DNA from: a bacterium
GTDB lineage: Bacteria; Patescibacteriota; Patescibacteriia; Patescibacteriales; XYC2-FULL-47-12
NCBI GenBank assembly: GCA_030698385.1
Contig: JAUYLZ010000033.1
Span: forward strand, 9,905 to 73,904
Direction of reading: 5' to 3'
DNA: 64,000 nt
Below, in pieces: positions 20,294-30,134 of this stretch. How positions within the stretch are numbered: position 1 is the stretch's first letter; every line of letters begins with the position of its first letter. A model generated the notes under the pieces. The model did not search any database. It was not told the DNA's origin and saw nothing but the letters and a program-made list of their open reading frames with translations. Position numbers and translations under genes: made by a program.

Positions 20294-21409
20294 TTATTTG
20301 TCCAAACCTAGAGTTAAATTAATTCTTCTGTCTTCATTTTGTCGAACTACCAATAGCTCGATATTTTCACCGGCTACCTTAGATAAAATCAGCTTGCTAA
20401 AACTGTTACTTTTATTGATTGAGTCGCCATTTACCTGCAGTACAATATCGCCTTCCTGCAAGCCGGCTAAGGCCGCCGGAGAATTTTTTTCAACAGCGCC
20501 TGAATCATTGCTTTTTGCTAGCAACGCGCCCTGAAGTTCTGTCGCGCCGATATAATCGTATAAATTAAGATAATGAACGCCAAGATACGGCCTGGAGATT
20601 TTTTCTTCTTTTAAAACCGTTGGCAATAGCAGTTTCAGGTAATTAATCGGCGTAACAATGCCGTCTTCGCTATAAAAACCAACTACAGACCCATCCAGTG
20701 AAAACACAAACTCGCCCGCACCAAGCGATGTGTTATTAACCTTGACAACCTGATAAAGCCGTTCACTAGATCTAACCAAGCTATCCGTTGTCTGAAAATT
20801 AGGGTCAGAAATATAAACTACGCTGGCAGTGCGTGAGTTAATGGCAATGACTAGCTGGCCAATTTCATAATCTGCATTTTCTGCGAACTGAACGGCTGTT
20901 AAATCATGGGCTTTTATTTTTACAAACCAGTATTTTGTCGCGGCGTCATAAAGTGTTTTTTCAATATCATAAATTTTTCCGCCGTGATCAACCATGACAA
21001 AATCATCAGTCGCGCTAACATCAATCAATGTGGCAACCCAGCCATCATTTGTCAAAACCAACCCTTCGCCAATTTTTTCGTCTACCAAATAATAACTGCT
21101 AAGATCCAATTGTCCGGCGGCTACTTTAGTTGCCGCTGTTTTTTTGTCATAAACCGCGACAATGCTTCTTTGGCCATCTTGAACTACTTGGCTGATTCTA
21201 TCGTTTTGCTGAACAACGACGTTTTTTGGCTGGCTAATGATTAGACTGCCGCTTTGGTAGTCGCTCCCCAAATTAATATCGCCAAACAATGGCACTCGAA
21301 ACGAAGAATTTAACGAATAAGACTTCATAAAAATACCGCCCAAGACTCCGCCCAGAAGGCTAATAATAATAATTGATATCAATATAAAAATTTTATAATT
21401 TCTAGACAT
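20294..21409 (-). CDS. HtrA/S1C-like protease-fold + PDZ protein (probably inactive)
   Basis: GLVLTNDG and PDZ SPAALAGLQEGDIV; no GNSGG motif. Confidence 0.8.
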   Translation of the reverse strand: MSRNYKIFILISIIIISLLGGVLGGIFMKSYSLNSSFRVPLFGDINLGSDYQSGSLIISQPKNVVVQQNDRISQVVQDGQRSIVAVYDKKTAATKVAAGQLDLSSYYLVDEKIGEGLVLTNDGWVATLIDVSATDDFVMVDHGGKIYDIEKTLYDAATKYWFVKIKAHDLTAVQFAENADYEIGQLVIAINSRTASVVYISDPNFQTTDSLVRSSERLYQVVKVNNTSLGAGEFVFSLDGSVVGFYSEDGIVTPINYLKLLLPTVLKEEKISRPYLGVHYLNLYDYIGATELQGALLAKSNDSGAVEKNSPAALAGLQEGDIVLQVNGDSINKSNSFSKLILSKVAGENIELLVVRQNEDRRINLTLGLDK

Positions 21410-21412
21410 ATT

Positions 21413-22168
21413 TTATAACCATTTAGCAGAAAGTAAAATAATAGCGACGCAACTCAAACCAATTGAAAGGTAAGTTTGCAAAACTTTTTTATCCAATCTT
21501 TCTAATAAATACAGCAGTGTTAAATTAAGAATTATATAATAAATAATAGCCAAACTTAATCCGGAAATAAAATGCGTTACTGAAAAAAAAGTTATTGACC
21601 AAAAAAATTCAACCATCACGACACTAACGACAATTGACGCGAAAAAACACAAACGTTGTTCAATTTTATTGATCCAAAAAAACTGGTAAGCGGAAAAAAA
21701 AGTCACAATAATCACGATCAAAGCCAGATACCATGAACGCATATTTAAAAAAATCATCAAACCAAAAATAATTGTACTGAAAAACAAATAACTAACAACG
21801 CTAGAGTAAGACGACGCGCTCTCCAAAGTCAAAGGCTTGTAGCTCGTGATACGCCTCAAAAAGTAGTATAGATATGTGTAGTAATAAAAAAGCCCGGTCG
21901 CGGCTAATACGGCAATACCATGTTGAAGGTAAATGTTATTTAAAAAAATAAAATAAAGTGTTGTAAATATCTCCAGACAAACTACCGGAATTATTAATAA
22001 CAAAAAATTTTTGTCAAAAATCTGATAACTATTAAAATGCAGGACTAATACGCAAGCTGCCGCAACAACAGCTAAGCTATAAAAAAAAGACTGCGGTTTT
22101 AAAATTAAAAATTCCCAAGCAATAAAAGTCGTCAAAGAAATAATAATCGGTATAAATCGTGCGAACAT
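21413..22168 (-). CDS. Conserved polytopic membrane protein (DUF5656-like)
   Basis: 251 aa, about 8-9 TM segments. Confidence 0.6.
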   Translation of the reverse strand: MFARFIPIIISLTTFIAWEFLILKPQSFFYSLAVVAAACVLVLHFNSYQIFDKNFLLLIIPVVCLEIFTTLYFIFLNNIYLQHGIAVLAATGLFYYYTYLYYFLRRITSYKPLTLESASSYSSVVSYLFFSTIIFGLMIFLNMRSWYLALIVIIVTFFSAYQFFWINKIEQRLCFFASIVVSVVMVEFFWSITFFSVTHFISGLSLAIIYYIILNLTLLYLLERLDKKVLQTYLSIGLSCVAIILLSAKWL

Positions 22169-22173
22169 ATTTA

Positions 22174-22602
22174 TTATAGTTCATTTAGCCAGCTGTTTTC
22201 GGCCAAAATTTTTTCAAAGCTTGCTTTTGCCTGTTCTGAAGACAGACCTTGATCAATGCGTTCAAGCAGAATTACCAACTGCGCGTGACCGTCGCGGTAG
22301 GTCTTTGGCACTGTTAAACTAAGCAATGAATTTTTTAATTCAGCAATTTTTTCAACATTTTGATTGTCGATAAAATCTTGGTACTGCGCCATAACTGCTT
22401 TTATTTCAACTAAATATTTGTCCGTCATCTTCTTGGTATCTACGCTGACTGGCGGCGCGGCCTGCTCCGTCTCCAGTTCTAGAGATTTATTATTTGATTC
22501 TAGAAAATCATCTGAAACAGACGTAAACCAAATAAACAAACCGACCATTATCGCGCCAATAACTATAATAATTAAAATTATTAAACTTTTTTCTTTTAAC
22601 AT
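22174..22602 (-). CDS. Hypothetical single-TM protein
   Basis: N-terminal TM; LSLTVPxxY motif. Confidence 0.65.
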   Translation of the reverse strand: MLKEKSLIILIIIVIGAIMVGLFIWFTSVSDDFLESNNKSLELETEQAAPPVSVDTKKMTDKYLVEIKAVMAQYQDFIDNQNVEKIAELKNSLLSLTVPKTYRDGHAQLVILLERIDQGLSSEQAKASFEKILAENSWLNEL

Positions 22603-22635
22603 AATAATTATTTAATACAAAAATATTTTAAACTA

Positions 22636-23382
22636 CTACTTTTTATTAAAACCATCAAAGGCGCGCAACACCTCCAGCGGCACCGCAAATATAACAGTAT
22701 TTGACTGATCGGAACTCAAATCATTAATTGACTGCAAGGTGCGCAAATGCAGCGCGCCGGGTGATTCGTTTAAAATACGCGCGGCCTTGGCCATGTTTTC
22801 CGCCGCAGCCACCTCGCCCTCGGCTTTGATGATAACCGCGCGTTTTTCACGCTCGGCCTCGGCCTGCTTGGCGATGGTGCGCTCCATGTCAGCCGGCAAC
22901 GACACGTCTTTGAGCTCGACATTTTCCACCTTTATACCCCACGCGTCCGAGGTCTTATCAACGATATCGCGAATGCGTTCGGAGATTTTTTCGCGCTCGG
23001 CGAGCAGTTCGTCTAAACTGACCGCACCGACAATATTGCGCATGGTGGTCTGCGCCAGCTGTGAAATGGCATAGCGAAAGTTCTCTACCTCAATAATCGC
23101 TTTTCCGGCATCGGAAACTTTATAATAAATTACCGCGTTCACGGTTACCGAGATATTATCTTTGGTAATGGCCTTTTGATCCGGCACGTCCACCGCTTTT
23201 ACGCGCATATCCACCTTTTGCATGGACTGAAACACGGGAATCACCACCCGCCAGCCAGGTTCTTTGATGGCGGTAAACTTACCGAGTGTAAACATCACAC
23301 CGCGTTCGTACTGGTTGACCTGCTTTAAAACAACTACCGCGATAACGATAATTGCAACTACAATTGGTATAATATTTTCCAT
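22636..23382 (-). CDS. SPFH/band-7 (slipin/stomatin) protein
   Basis: ITKDNISV, AQTTMR, AKQAEAERERR-like motif. Confidence 0.95.
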   Translation of the reverse strand: MENIIPIVVAIIVIAVVVLKQVNQYERGVMFTLGKFTAIKEPGWRVVIPVFQSMQKVDMRVKAVDVPDQKAITKDNISVTVNAVIYYKVSDAGKAIIEVENFRYAISQLAQTTMRNIVGAVSLDELLAEREKISERIRDIVDKTSDAWGIKVENVELKDVSLPADMERTIAKQAEAEREKRAVIIKAEGEVAAAENMAKAARILNESPGALHLRTLQSINDLSSDQSNTVIFAVPLEVLRAFDGFNKK

Positions 23383-23454
23383 ATGGTTAGAATTAGTATT
23401 AAATATTAAGAATAAAAATAAATACCCCAGAACTTAACTTATATTTTATATAAT

Positions 23455-23988
23455 CTAATAAAGTTTTTTATTTTCCAAATGAATTAGAGCTGTTCTAAGC
23501 GCCTGCTTGGTGTACTCTCGCCGCGTCAACTTGCCGCGCGTCAGCCAGCCTATCATGCCTTCGCTGTAACCGATGCGGCTGTTGTCACTCAAGCCCAGCT
23601 CGTGCACCGCTTGATCAACTTCTATGCCGCGTTCGATAATTAATTTTGTAACCTCTATCGGATACTCAAAACAAGAAGATAAACCAATATGAAATTGCGA
23701 ACCATCATAAATGGCGCCGGCGCAAAAATCCATATAGCCAGTCTTGGTCCGCGGCACCTTCATCAAGCCGCTTTCTAAACCTATGCTGTAATCACAATTT
23801 TTAAAGGCGTTACGCGCGCGATTTAATGCGCCTTGAATGGTTTCATCTAGACTGGTCGGCTGATCGGAAACATCTGACGCCGCCGCCACGGAGTCAACCG
23901 CGGCGTTTTTTAAAAAATCATACTCTTGAATAATTTCCTCAACAGCGGCGACTTTCTGCGGATTTTTTGAGCCAACAGTAATTTTCAT
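23455..23988 (-). CDS. yjjX: Inosine/xanthosine triphosphatase
   Basis: VGSKNPQK, DQP...ETIQGALNRA, GLESG. Confidence 0.9.
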   Translation of the reverse strand: MKITVGSKNPQKVAAVEEIIQEYDFLKNAAVDSVAAASDVSDQPTSLDETIQGALNRARNAFKNCDYSIGLESGLMKVPRTKTGYMDFCAGAIYDGSQFHIGLSSCFEYPIEVTKLIIERGIEVDQAVHELGLSDNSRIGYSEGMIGWLTRGKLTRREYTKQALRTALIHLENKKLY

Positions 23989-24431
23989 AAATTATCTGAA
24001 TCAATAATAATCGTTGTCGGCCCGTCGTTGATTAAACTGACTGCCATGTGCTCCTGAAATTTACCGGTCTGCACCGGCACCTTCATCGCTTTAACTTGCG
24101 CGATAAACTTTTCGTAGTAATCATTGGCTTTTTCCGGCCGTGCACTTTTGATAAAACTGGGACGATTGCCCTTGGTGCAATCACCATAGAGCGTGAACTG
24201 CGAAACAATCAAGATACTGCCATTCACGTCTTGAACTGACTTGTTCATCTTGCCTTCGCTGTCTGAAAAAATTCTTAAACTAACTACTTTATTCACCAAC
24301 CAGTCAATATCCTTTTGTCCGTCGTTTTCGTGAACTGCCAGAAGAACCAAAAGGCCTTGGTTGATTTTACCGACAATTTTATTTTCAATTTTTACGCTGG
24401 CATTTTTAACGCGCTGAACAACTGTTCTCAT
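23985..24431 (-). CDS. dtd: D-aminoacyl-tRNA deacylase
   Basis: MRTVVQRV, SQFTLYGD, NDGPTT. Confidence 0.97.
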   Translation of the reverse strand: MRTVVQRVKNASVKIENKIVGKINQGLLVLLAVHENDGQKDIDWLVNKVVSLRIFSDSEGKMNKSVQDVNGSILIVSQFTLYGDCTKGNRPSFIKSARPEKANDYYEKFIAQVKAMKVPVQTGKFQEHMAVSLINDGPTTIIIDSDNL

Positions 24432-24562
24432 GAATTTTAATTCTCAATTTCCATTTGCCAATTTTCATTCAATTGCCAAATATCAATTAATAAATTTTGG
24501 TCACTAAAAATTAGTCATTAAATGAATCCGCCAGCTGGCGGAGAAAATTGATTATTGAAAAT
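24432..24562. repeat. Empty inverted low-complexity arms with an inserted 16-bp palindrome (24527-24542)
   Basis: Imperfect inverted repeat; tccgccagctggcgga flanked by a duplicated GAA. Confidence 0.7.
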
Positions 24563-24901
24563 TTATACTGAAAAAGCGCCCGCCGCTTCAGCCTCCATTT
24601 CAGCCCATTTGCCGCTATCTTCATCCAGCTTGTACGCTTTGAAGGTATTAGAAAATTCGTCTTCACTATAAATATAATCCACGGCGGTTTCCGAACCGAT
24701 TCGCCGCGAACCAATGGTTTTTTTGTCGAGCAAAATAGGTTTGGTAATATATTCCAGTCTCATCTTGCCCAACGGTCCTTGAAAAATTATAAAATCAATT
24801 TTTGAATTTGGCACATCTTCAACCGTACCCTCGCCTTCTTCGTCAACACCGAACTGATCTTTTACCATGCCGACGATTTGTTGCCATTTTTCCAGCTGCA
24901 T
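24563..24901 (-). CDS. Conserved hypothetical protein
   Basis: 112 aa ORF in operon context. Confidence 0.8.
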   Translation of the reverse strand: MQLEKWQQIVGMVKDQFGVDEEGEGTVEDVPNSKIDFIIFQGPLGKMRLEYITKPILLDKKTIGSRRIGSETAVDYIYSEDEFSNTFKAYKLDEDSGKWAEMEAEAAGAFSV

Positions 24902-24905
24902 AAAT

Positions 24906-25952
24906 TTAATAATAAGCGTTTTTTGTTTCTAAATCACGTTTGCGGTTTTCAGCGATTTTTACGTCTACCAAACCTTCTCTTACTAACTCGTCAATTGAAT
25001 TATTCATTGTTATCATGCCCTCGCTGAGGCTGGTTTGCATAGTTGTTATAATCTGCTCAATTTCATTGCGGCGAATCAGATTAGAAACTGCCCGGTTGTT
25101 TAATAAAATTTCACGAGCGACAATTCTGCCGCCATTCTTGGCCGGCAACAGTTCCTGAGCGATAATCGCGCGCAAATTAGAAGCGAGCTGATTCAATATC
25201 TGCGAATGATTATCTGTCGGAAAAAAATCAACAATGCGCTGAATAGTCTCCGGCGCGGTTGAAGTATGCAGAGTAGACATTAATAAATGTCCGGTTTCAG
25301 CGGCCGTAATCGCCGCCGAAACTGTTTCCAAATCACGCATTTCTCCGACCATAATGACATTCGGATCTTGACGCAATGCCGAGCGCAGGGCCTTGGCAAA
25401 AGAATTTGTGTCAACGCCAAGCTCTCTTTGCTCAATAATACTTCTTTGTTCGGTAAAAAGAAACTCAACCGGATCTTCAATAGTAATAATATGCGCCTTG
25501 CGTTCATTATTGATAATATCAATCATGGCGGCCAGCGTAGAGCTTTTGCCGCAACCGGATGGACCAACAACCAAAATCATGCCGTCACGCAAATGAGTCA
25601 AGTTGTAAATCGTTTCACTGAAACGCAAATTTGTCGGAGACGGCACTTGGCTGGGGATGATGCGCGCGGTCATAGCTATCTTTCCTTCCTGCCTATGAAC
25701 ATTTACGCGGAAACGATGATTCTTGAACTCATAAGCAAAATCAAGCTCTTTTTCTTTTTTGAACTTTTCCTCCAAATCGCTGCCAATTAAATTAAAAATA
25801 GCCACTCTTAATTCTCCACTGCTAAGCGGCTTAATTTCGTCTAATTTTACCAAATCCTCGCCAATACGGACAGCCGGAAAAGAGCCGCCGACCATATGCA
25901 GGTCAGCAGCCATTTTATCAATAGCTAGTTGAAAATAGTCTTTTATATCCAT
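24906..25952 (-). CDS. pilT: Type IV pilus retraction ATPase
   Basis: GPSGCGKS, TIEDPVE, ALRQDPNVIMVGEMRD, AETGHL. Confidence 0.95.
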   Translation of the reverse strand: MDIKDYFQLAIDKMAADLHMVGGSFPAVRIGEDLVKLDEIKPLSSGELRVAIFNLIGSDLEEKFKKEKELDFAYEFKNHRFRVNVHRQEGKIAMTARIIPSQVPSPTNLRFSETIYNLTHLRDGMILVVGPSGCGKSSTLAAMIDIINNERKAHIITIEDPVEFLFTEQRSIIEQRELGVDTNSFAKALRSALRQDPNVIMVGEMRDLETVSAAITAAETGHLLMSTLHTSTAPETIQRIVDFFPTDNHSQILNQLASNLRAIIAQELLPAKNGGRIVAREILLNNRAVSNLIRRNEIEQIITTMQTSLSEGMITMNNSIDELVREGLVDVKIAENRKRDLETKNAYY

Positions 25953-25995
25953 ATCATTAGTATATCACAAGATTTCTTTTTGACTATGTTGACAT

Positions 25996-26379
25996 TTATT
26001 GATATTTCTGATTTTGGTAATAAAGTTTAAAAATATAGACAACTACCATCGCGCCAATAACATCAAATAATAAGTCATAAAAACTAACCCCCCGCCCTAG
26101 AGTAAACCCCTGATGCCACTCGTCGGTAATACCGTAGAAAAAACAAAATAATATTGTGAGATAAGCAATTTTATAATATTTAATTTTAAATTCAGTCAAA
26201 AATAAAATTATCAGATATGACAATATACCAAAAAATAATAGATGCGCGCTTTTGTCCGAAAAATATTCAATTAACGTTTTATCCCTTTGCGGATCAATGT
26301 TTGGCGTGGGAATGCTTGAAGACAAAAAAATCATCAGCATCCAAACGATTACTAAGGTGGATTTTAAGTATTTTTTCAT
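25996..26379 (-). CDS. VanZ family membrane protein
   Basis: DKSAHLLFFGIL, TDEWHQ, GRGVSFYDLLFD. Confidence 0.9.
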   Translation of the reverse strand: MKKYLKSTLVIVWMLMIFLSSSIPTPNIDPQRDKTLIEYFSDKSAHLLFFGILSYLIILFLTEFKIKYYKIAYLTILFCFFYGITDEWHQGFTLGRGVSFYDLLFDVIGAMVVVYIFKLYYQNQKYQ

Positions 26380-26489
26380 AATTAAAGAAAACCTCTCTAA
26401 ATACTGCTAATAAAGAGAGGTTTGGTATGCTACTGCTAAAAGTGTGTGGCAATACTGTCTAATTCTTGCAAAAAATTCATAAAAGTACG

Positions 26490-27575
26490 TTACCATATAA
26501 TGATTTTTTTAACAATAAACCAATACCAGTTAAAAATTGGATTGATCAAACGCAATTTAATATCGTCAACTTCTTGGTACCAAATTCGCCCGCTAAACAT
26601 TTTAACAATTACTCTGTCTTGGACTTTGCGTATTTTTTGGCTTTGTTTTCTGGAATTATATAAATAGAGCCAAACGCGCGGCTTGCAAAAATAAAACCAA
26701 ACTCTCGCCTTCTCGCGAAACCAGCCGCTTTTTAGCGAAAATAAAACCAAGCCAAATTCCATAATAACAAAGGCCGGCATTATTAAAATCAAGGTCAGCC
26801 AATGATAATTTTTTATCATCGCGACAATTCGATTCCGGTCCAGCCAATAGTATTTTTTAACTGACCGGGAAAATTCATATTTATGATAAACCACCGCGTT
26901 TGGCGCCAAAACACATTTATAGCCGGACAGCCAAATTCGCCAGCCCAAATCCTGATCTTCATTGTACATCCAGAACTCCTCATCAAAAAGTCCGATGTGT
27001 TCCAATACTTCTTTTTTTAATAAAACCGCCGCGCCGGAGGGATAAGCTATGTCAGTTAATCTATGATTTTTGTCCCGCCATGGCGGTATTAATTGATTAT
27101 TATCTTTAAACTTTTCACGGTAACCTTTGCTAAATCCAAACCCTAGAAAATGCGTTACGTTGCCCAAACTATTAACGACATTAGGTTTATCAGCGAGCAT
27201 TAACCGCGCCTGTACCGCCCCGATTTTTTTATTACTTTTAATCGCGCTGACTAAATTTTTGACGCAATCTTTGTCGGCGACAGTATCCATGTTCAATAGA
27301 AAAATATAATCACAGCCGTTTATCATTGCCTGTTTTATGCCGTCATTATTTCCTTTGGCAAAACCGTCATTATTTAAATTTCGAATAACTTCGGCTGCCG
27401 GGGCATGTTTTTTTATAAAAACAAAAGATTCAGCGCTGGTCTTATTATCAACAATAAAAAGTTGGGTTATGCCATCCCAACTTTGTTTACGCAAGCCAGT
27501 CAAACATTCAGGCAAAAACTTATTTGCGTAATCTTTGTAATTGACAATTACGATACCGACTTTTTCTGGCGCCAT
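26490..27575 (-). CDS. Glycosyltransferase family 2
   Basis: IVIVNY, GFAKGNN, LLNMD, YNEDQDLGWR. Confidence 0.93.
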   Translation of the reverse strand: MAPEKVGIVIVNYKDYANKFLPECLTGLRKQSWDGITQLFIVDNKTSAESFVFIKKHAPAAEVIRNLNNDGFAKGNNDGIKQAMINGCDYIFLLNMDTVADKDCVKNLVSAIKSNKKIGAVQARLMLADKPNVVNSLGNVTHFLGFGFSKGYREKFKDNNQLIPPWRDKNHRLTDIAYPSGAAVLLKKEVLEHIGLFDEEFWMYNEDQDLGWRIWLSGYKCVLAPNAVVYHKYEFSRSVKKYYWLDRNRIVAMIKNYHWLTLILIMPAFVIMEFGLVLFSLKSGWFREKARVWFYFCKPRVWLYLYNSRKQSQKIRKVQDRVIVKMFSGRIWYQEVDDIKLRLINPIFNWYWFIVKKIIIW

Positions 27576-27627
27576 GGCAATTTATTAAATAAATATTTAT
27601 TCCACCCGATTATTTGCAACCATCTCA

Positions 27628-27969
27628 TTATTCTTTTTTGTTATTAAAAATAGCGAGCGCCTGCACAAGCTTGGTTATTTCGCGCTCTAGGCGCGCCAAG
27701 CGGATTCGCATCCGAAAGATAAAATAAAAAAGCATCACGACCGCGAGATACAGCAAAACTTCAATACCGGAGGCGCTGAAACCAAAATTACCGACCAAGG
27801 CGTCAATTCGGCGCAAAAATAAAATTGCCAGCGCCGCCAACAGCCAAAAAACAAACCAAAAGCTGAATTCGGAACTATTGATTTGTTTTAGTCTTTTTTG
27901 CTGCCAAAGCCGAGCGATAAAAAATAAGACGAAAACTAAGGCAATAAATTGTTGGATGGTTATATTCAT
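27628..27969 (-). CDS. DUF2304 membrane protein
   Basis: 3 TM segments, C-terminal LEREITKLVQALAI; follows a GT2 gene. Confidence 0.85.
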   Translation of the reverse strand: MNITIQQFIALVFVLFFIARLWQQKRLKQINSSEFSFWFVFWLLAALAILFLRRIDALVGNFGFSASGIEVLLYLAVVMLFYFIFRMRIRLARLEREITKLVQALAIFNNKKE

Positions 27970-28637
27970 TTTAAAAACTTACCAAAAATTATATCTTTAA
28001 TGATTGCGAAACCGCCGGAAAATTTTTGTCCAAAATCGTAGTAAACTACGGTTATCGGCACTTCTTTGATTTTTAAATTATTTTTGTGGGCATTGTGCAA
28101 TATCTCGGAGCAATGCGCCATTTTGTCCTGTTGCCAATCAATATCCTTCATAGCGCTGGCGCGAAAAGCGCGCAGTCCTGATTGCGGATCGGTTAGTTTT
28201 ATGCCGAAAAAAATCTGGTTAAACAGGCGCGCGACAGGCAAAATAAAATTTTTCTTAAAACTCGGAATGTCTGATTTTTTTTCCAAAAATCTTGAACCAA
28301 AAACTATGTCTGTTTCGCTTTTCAATATCGGCTTAATTAAATCATTAATTTCATTCGCCTGAAACTGCGCATCGGCATCAAAATGAACAATAATATCCGC
28401 TGCTTTCATTATGGCATATTTTGTGCCGGTTTTCAACGCGGCTCCTTGTCCGCGATTGATTAAATGCCGCAAAACTTTCACGCCGCGCTTTGCGGCTATT
28501 TCAACAGTATTATCAGTTGACGCGTCATCAACTATGATTATTTGAAAATTTTCATTAGCAATTAAAATATCATCAATAACGCGCGCTATCGTTTTTTCTT
28601 CATTAAAAGCTGGAATGACAATATAAATTTTCTCCAT
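27966..28637 (-). CDS. Glycosyltransferase family 2 (DPM1-like)
   Basis: VIPAFNEE, VDDAS, HFDADAQF, TDPQSGLRA. Confidence 0.93.
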   Translation of the reverse strand: MEKIYIVIPAFNEEKTIARVIDDILIANENFQIIIVDDASTDNTVEIAAKRGVKVLRHLINRGQGAALKTGTKYAIMKAADIIVHFDADAQFQANEINDLIKPILKSETDIVFGSRFLEKKSDIPSFKKNFILPVARLFNQIFFGIKLTDPQSGLRAFRASAMKDIDWQQDKMAHCSEILHNAHKNNLKIKEVPITVVYYDFGQKFSGGFAIIKDIIFGKFLK

Positions 28638-28675
28638 TTTTTTTATAATTATACAACTGTCTCAACTATATAAAT

Positions 28676-28707
28676 TAAGTCCTTGAAGCAATTTAGTCAA
28701 GGACTTA
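28676..28707 (-). terminator. Probable terminator hairpin
   Basis: taagtccttga/tcaaggactta 11-bp stem. Confidence 0.55.
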
Positions 28708-28727
28708 TTTATTTTATCTTAAAATAA

Positions 28728-29024
28728 TTAATGTATAGTTTCAGCGCTGTTATTTTTTATCCCGATCTTTTCTTTATCTTCATTTAACTCTTTTAATAAC
28801 AATTCAGCCGCTTTTTCATAACCTTCTAACTTTGCTGTTTCAATTATGTTGGGATCTTTATTCAAAACTTTTCTAATAATAACACTATTCGCGGCCAAAA
28901 AACTTATTTTATCAATCTCATCTTCAAAACCAAGTATTTCTAATAATTTTGCCTGCACGGCCATTTCATGCCCCCGGTCTGTTTTTATATCTTTTCTTTG
29001 TTGCGGAAAATTTATTTGTTCCAT
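28728..29024 (-). CDS. Hypothetical protein
   Basis: 98 aa ORF downstream of the PfkB gene. Confidence 0.55.
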   Translation of the reverse strand: MEQINFPQQRKDIKTDRGHEMAVQAKLLEILGFEDEIDKISFLAANSVIIRKVLNKDPNIIETAKLEGYEKAAELLLKELNEDKEKIGIKNNSAETIH

Positions 29025-29035
29025 ATTTTTATATT

Positions 29036-30016
29036 TTATAATTTAATCAAGCCATTCTGCGCGCCGCGCTTGCTAATCACTGACGCGGTATTTCTAATGC
29101 CCAGCCCGATCGCTTTTTTTATATTACCGTCGTAGAGTATAAGCCCTGAGATAAAAGATGAGCCGAACGCGTCGCCAACGCCGGTTGTATCAAGTCTTTT
29201 TGAGTCAATAATGTTTGAGTGATAAAAATTTTTGCCGTCATACGCGTCAGCGCCGGAGCGGCCGCGCGTGATCACAACTATTTTTGGGCCGTAACTGCTG
29301 ATAACACGCAGCAGATTTTTTATATTATTTAAAAAAGTGGCGTTGTGCTTGCGGCGCGACATTATTTTACGATCATTAACAACCAGCTCGGTCGCTTCAT
29401 CCTGATTCATAATTATGGTATGCGTATGCTCCAAATATTTTCTAACCAGCGCTGAGCCTTCATGCAACTGAACCGAACCGGGGTTCCAAGCAATTTTAAA
29501 GTTTTGACCGGGATGAAAAATTTTTTTCAAATTTCCCCGCCAGTCGCCGCTCAGCGAGCACACATAGACAAAGTTGGTTTCAAGCTTTTTTAAAACCGCT
29601 GAAGAAATAATCAGGCTGTCATTCGCGCCGCGAAAAGTAAATATCGTATGCTCATTATCAGGATATAAAACCAAAGAAACCGAAAAACCGCTAATTTTTA
29701 GTTTATCATACTGAATATAAGCGGTATCAACGCCTTCCTCCTGAAAATGCTCAATAATTTTTTGGGCGCGCTGGCCATTGCCCACACAAGCGATCGCTGC
29801 TGTTTTCAGACCTAGTCTTGAGGCTGAAACAGCCACATTTGAAGCCCCGCCGCCAAAATTAAACTCAGCTTCATTGACAACAATCTTTGCGCCATATTCA
29901 AAAGCCAGCAGCTGCTGGCGCAATATATCGCTTTTATTATCTATTACCTGGCCTTCTCTGACGCAAAAAGTAATATCCTCCACTGCTCCGCCAATTGTGA
30001 TAATGTCATGTTTCAT
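29036..30016 (-). CDS. PfkB family carbohydrate kinase
   Basis: GGGASNVA, DTTGVGDAFGS. Confidence 0.93.
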   Translation of the reverse strand: MKHDIITIGGAVEDITFCVREGQVIDNKSDILRQQLLAFEYGAKIVVNEAEFNFGGGASNVAVSASRLGLKTAAIACVGNGQRAQKIIEHFQEEGVDTAYIQYDKLKISGFSVSLVLYPDNEHTIFTFRGANDSLIISSAVLKKLETNFVYVCSLSGDWRGNLKKIFHPGQNFKIAWNPGSVQLHEGSALVRKYLEHTHTIIMNQDEATELVVNDRKIMSRRKHNATFLNNIKNLLRVISSYGPKIVVITRGRSGADAYDGKNFYHSNIIDSKRLDTTGVGDAFGSSFISGLILYDGNIKKAIGLGIRNTASVISKRGAQNGLIKL

Positions 30017-30056
30017 AACTTTTTTTTTAAAAAAATTATTATATTTTTATTATAAC

Positions 30057-30110
30057 AAAATTAGCAAAAAAATAAAGGTGAAGCGCTATCACCTTTATTT
30101 GCTAATTTTT
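30057..30110 (-). terminator. Long hairpin downstream of ftsX
   Basis: aaaattagcaaa...aataaaggtga/tcacctttatttgctaatttt. Confidence 0.6.
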
Positions 30111-30134
30111 AAAAATAATTTTGCAACCATCTCA

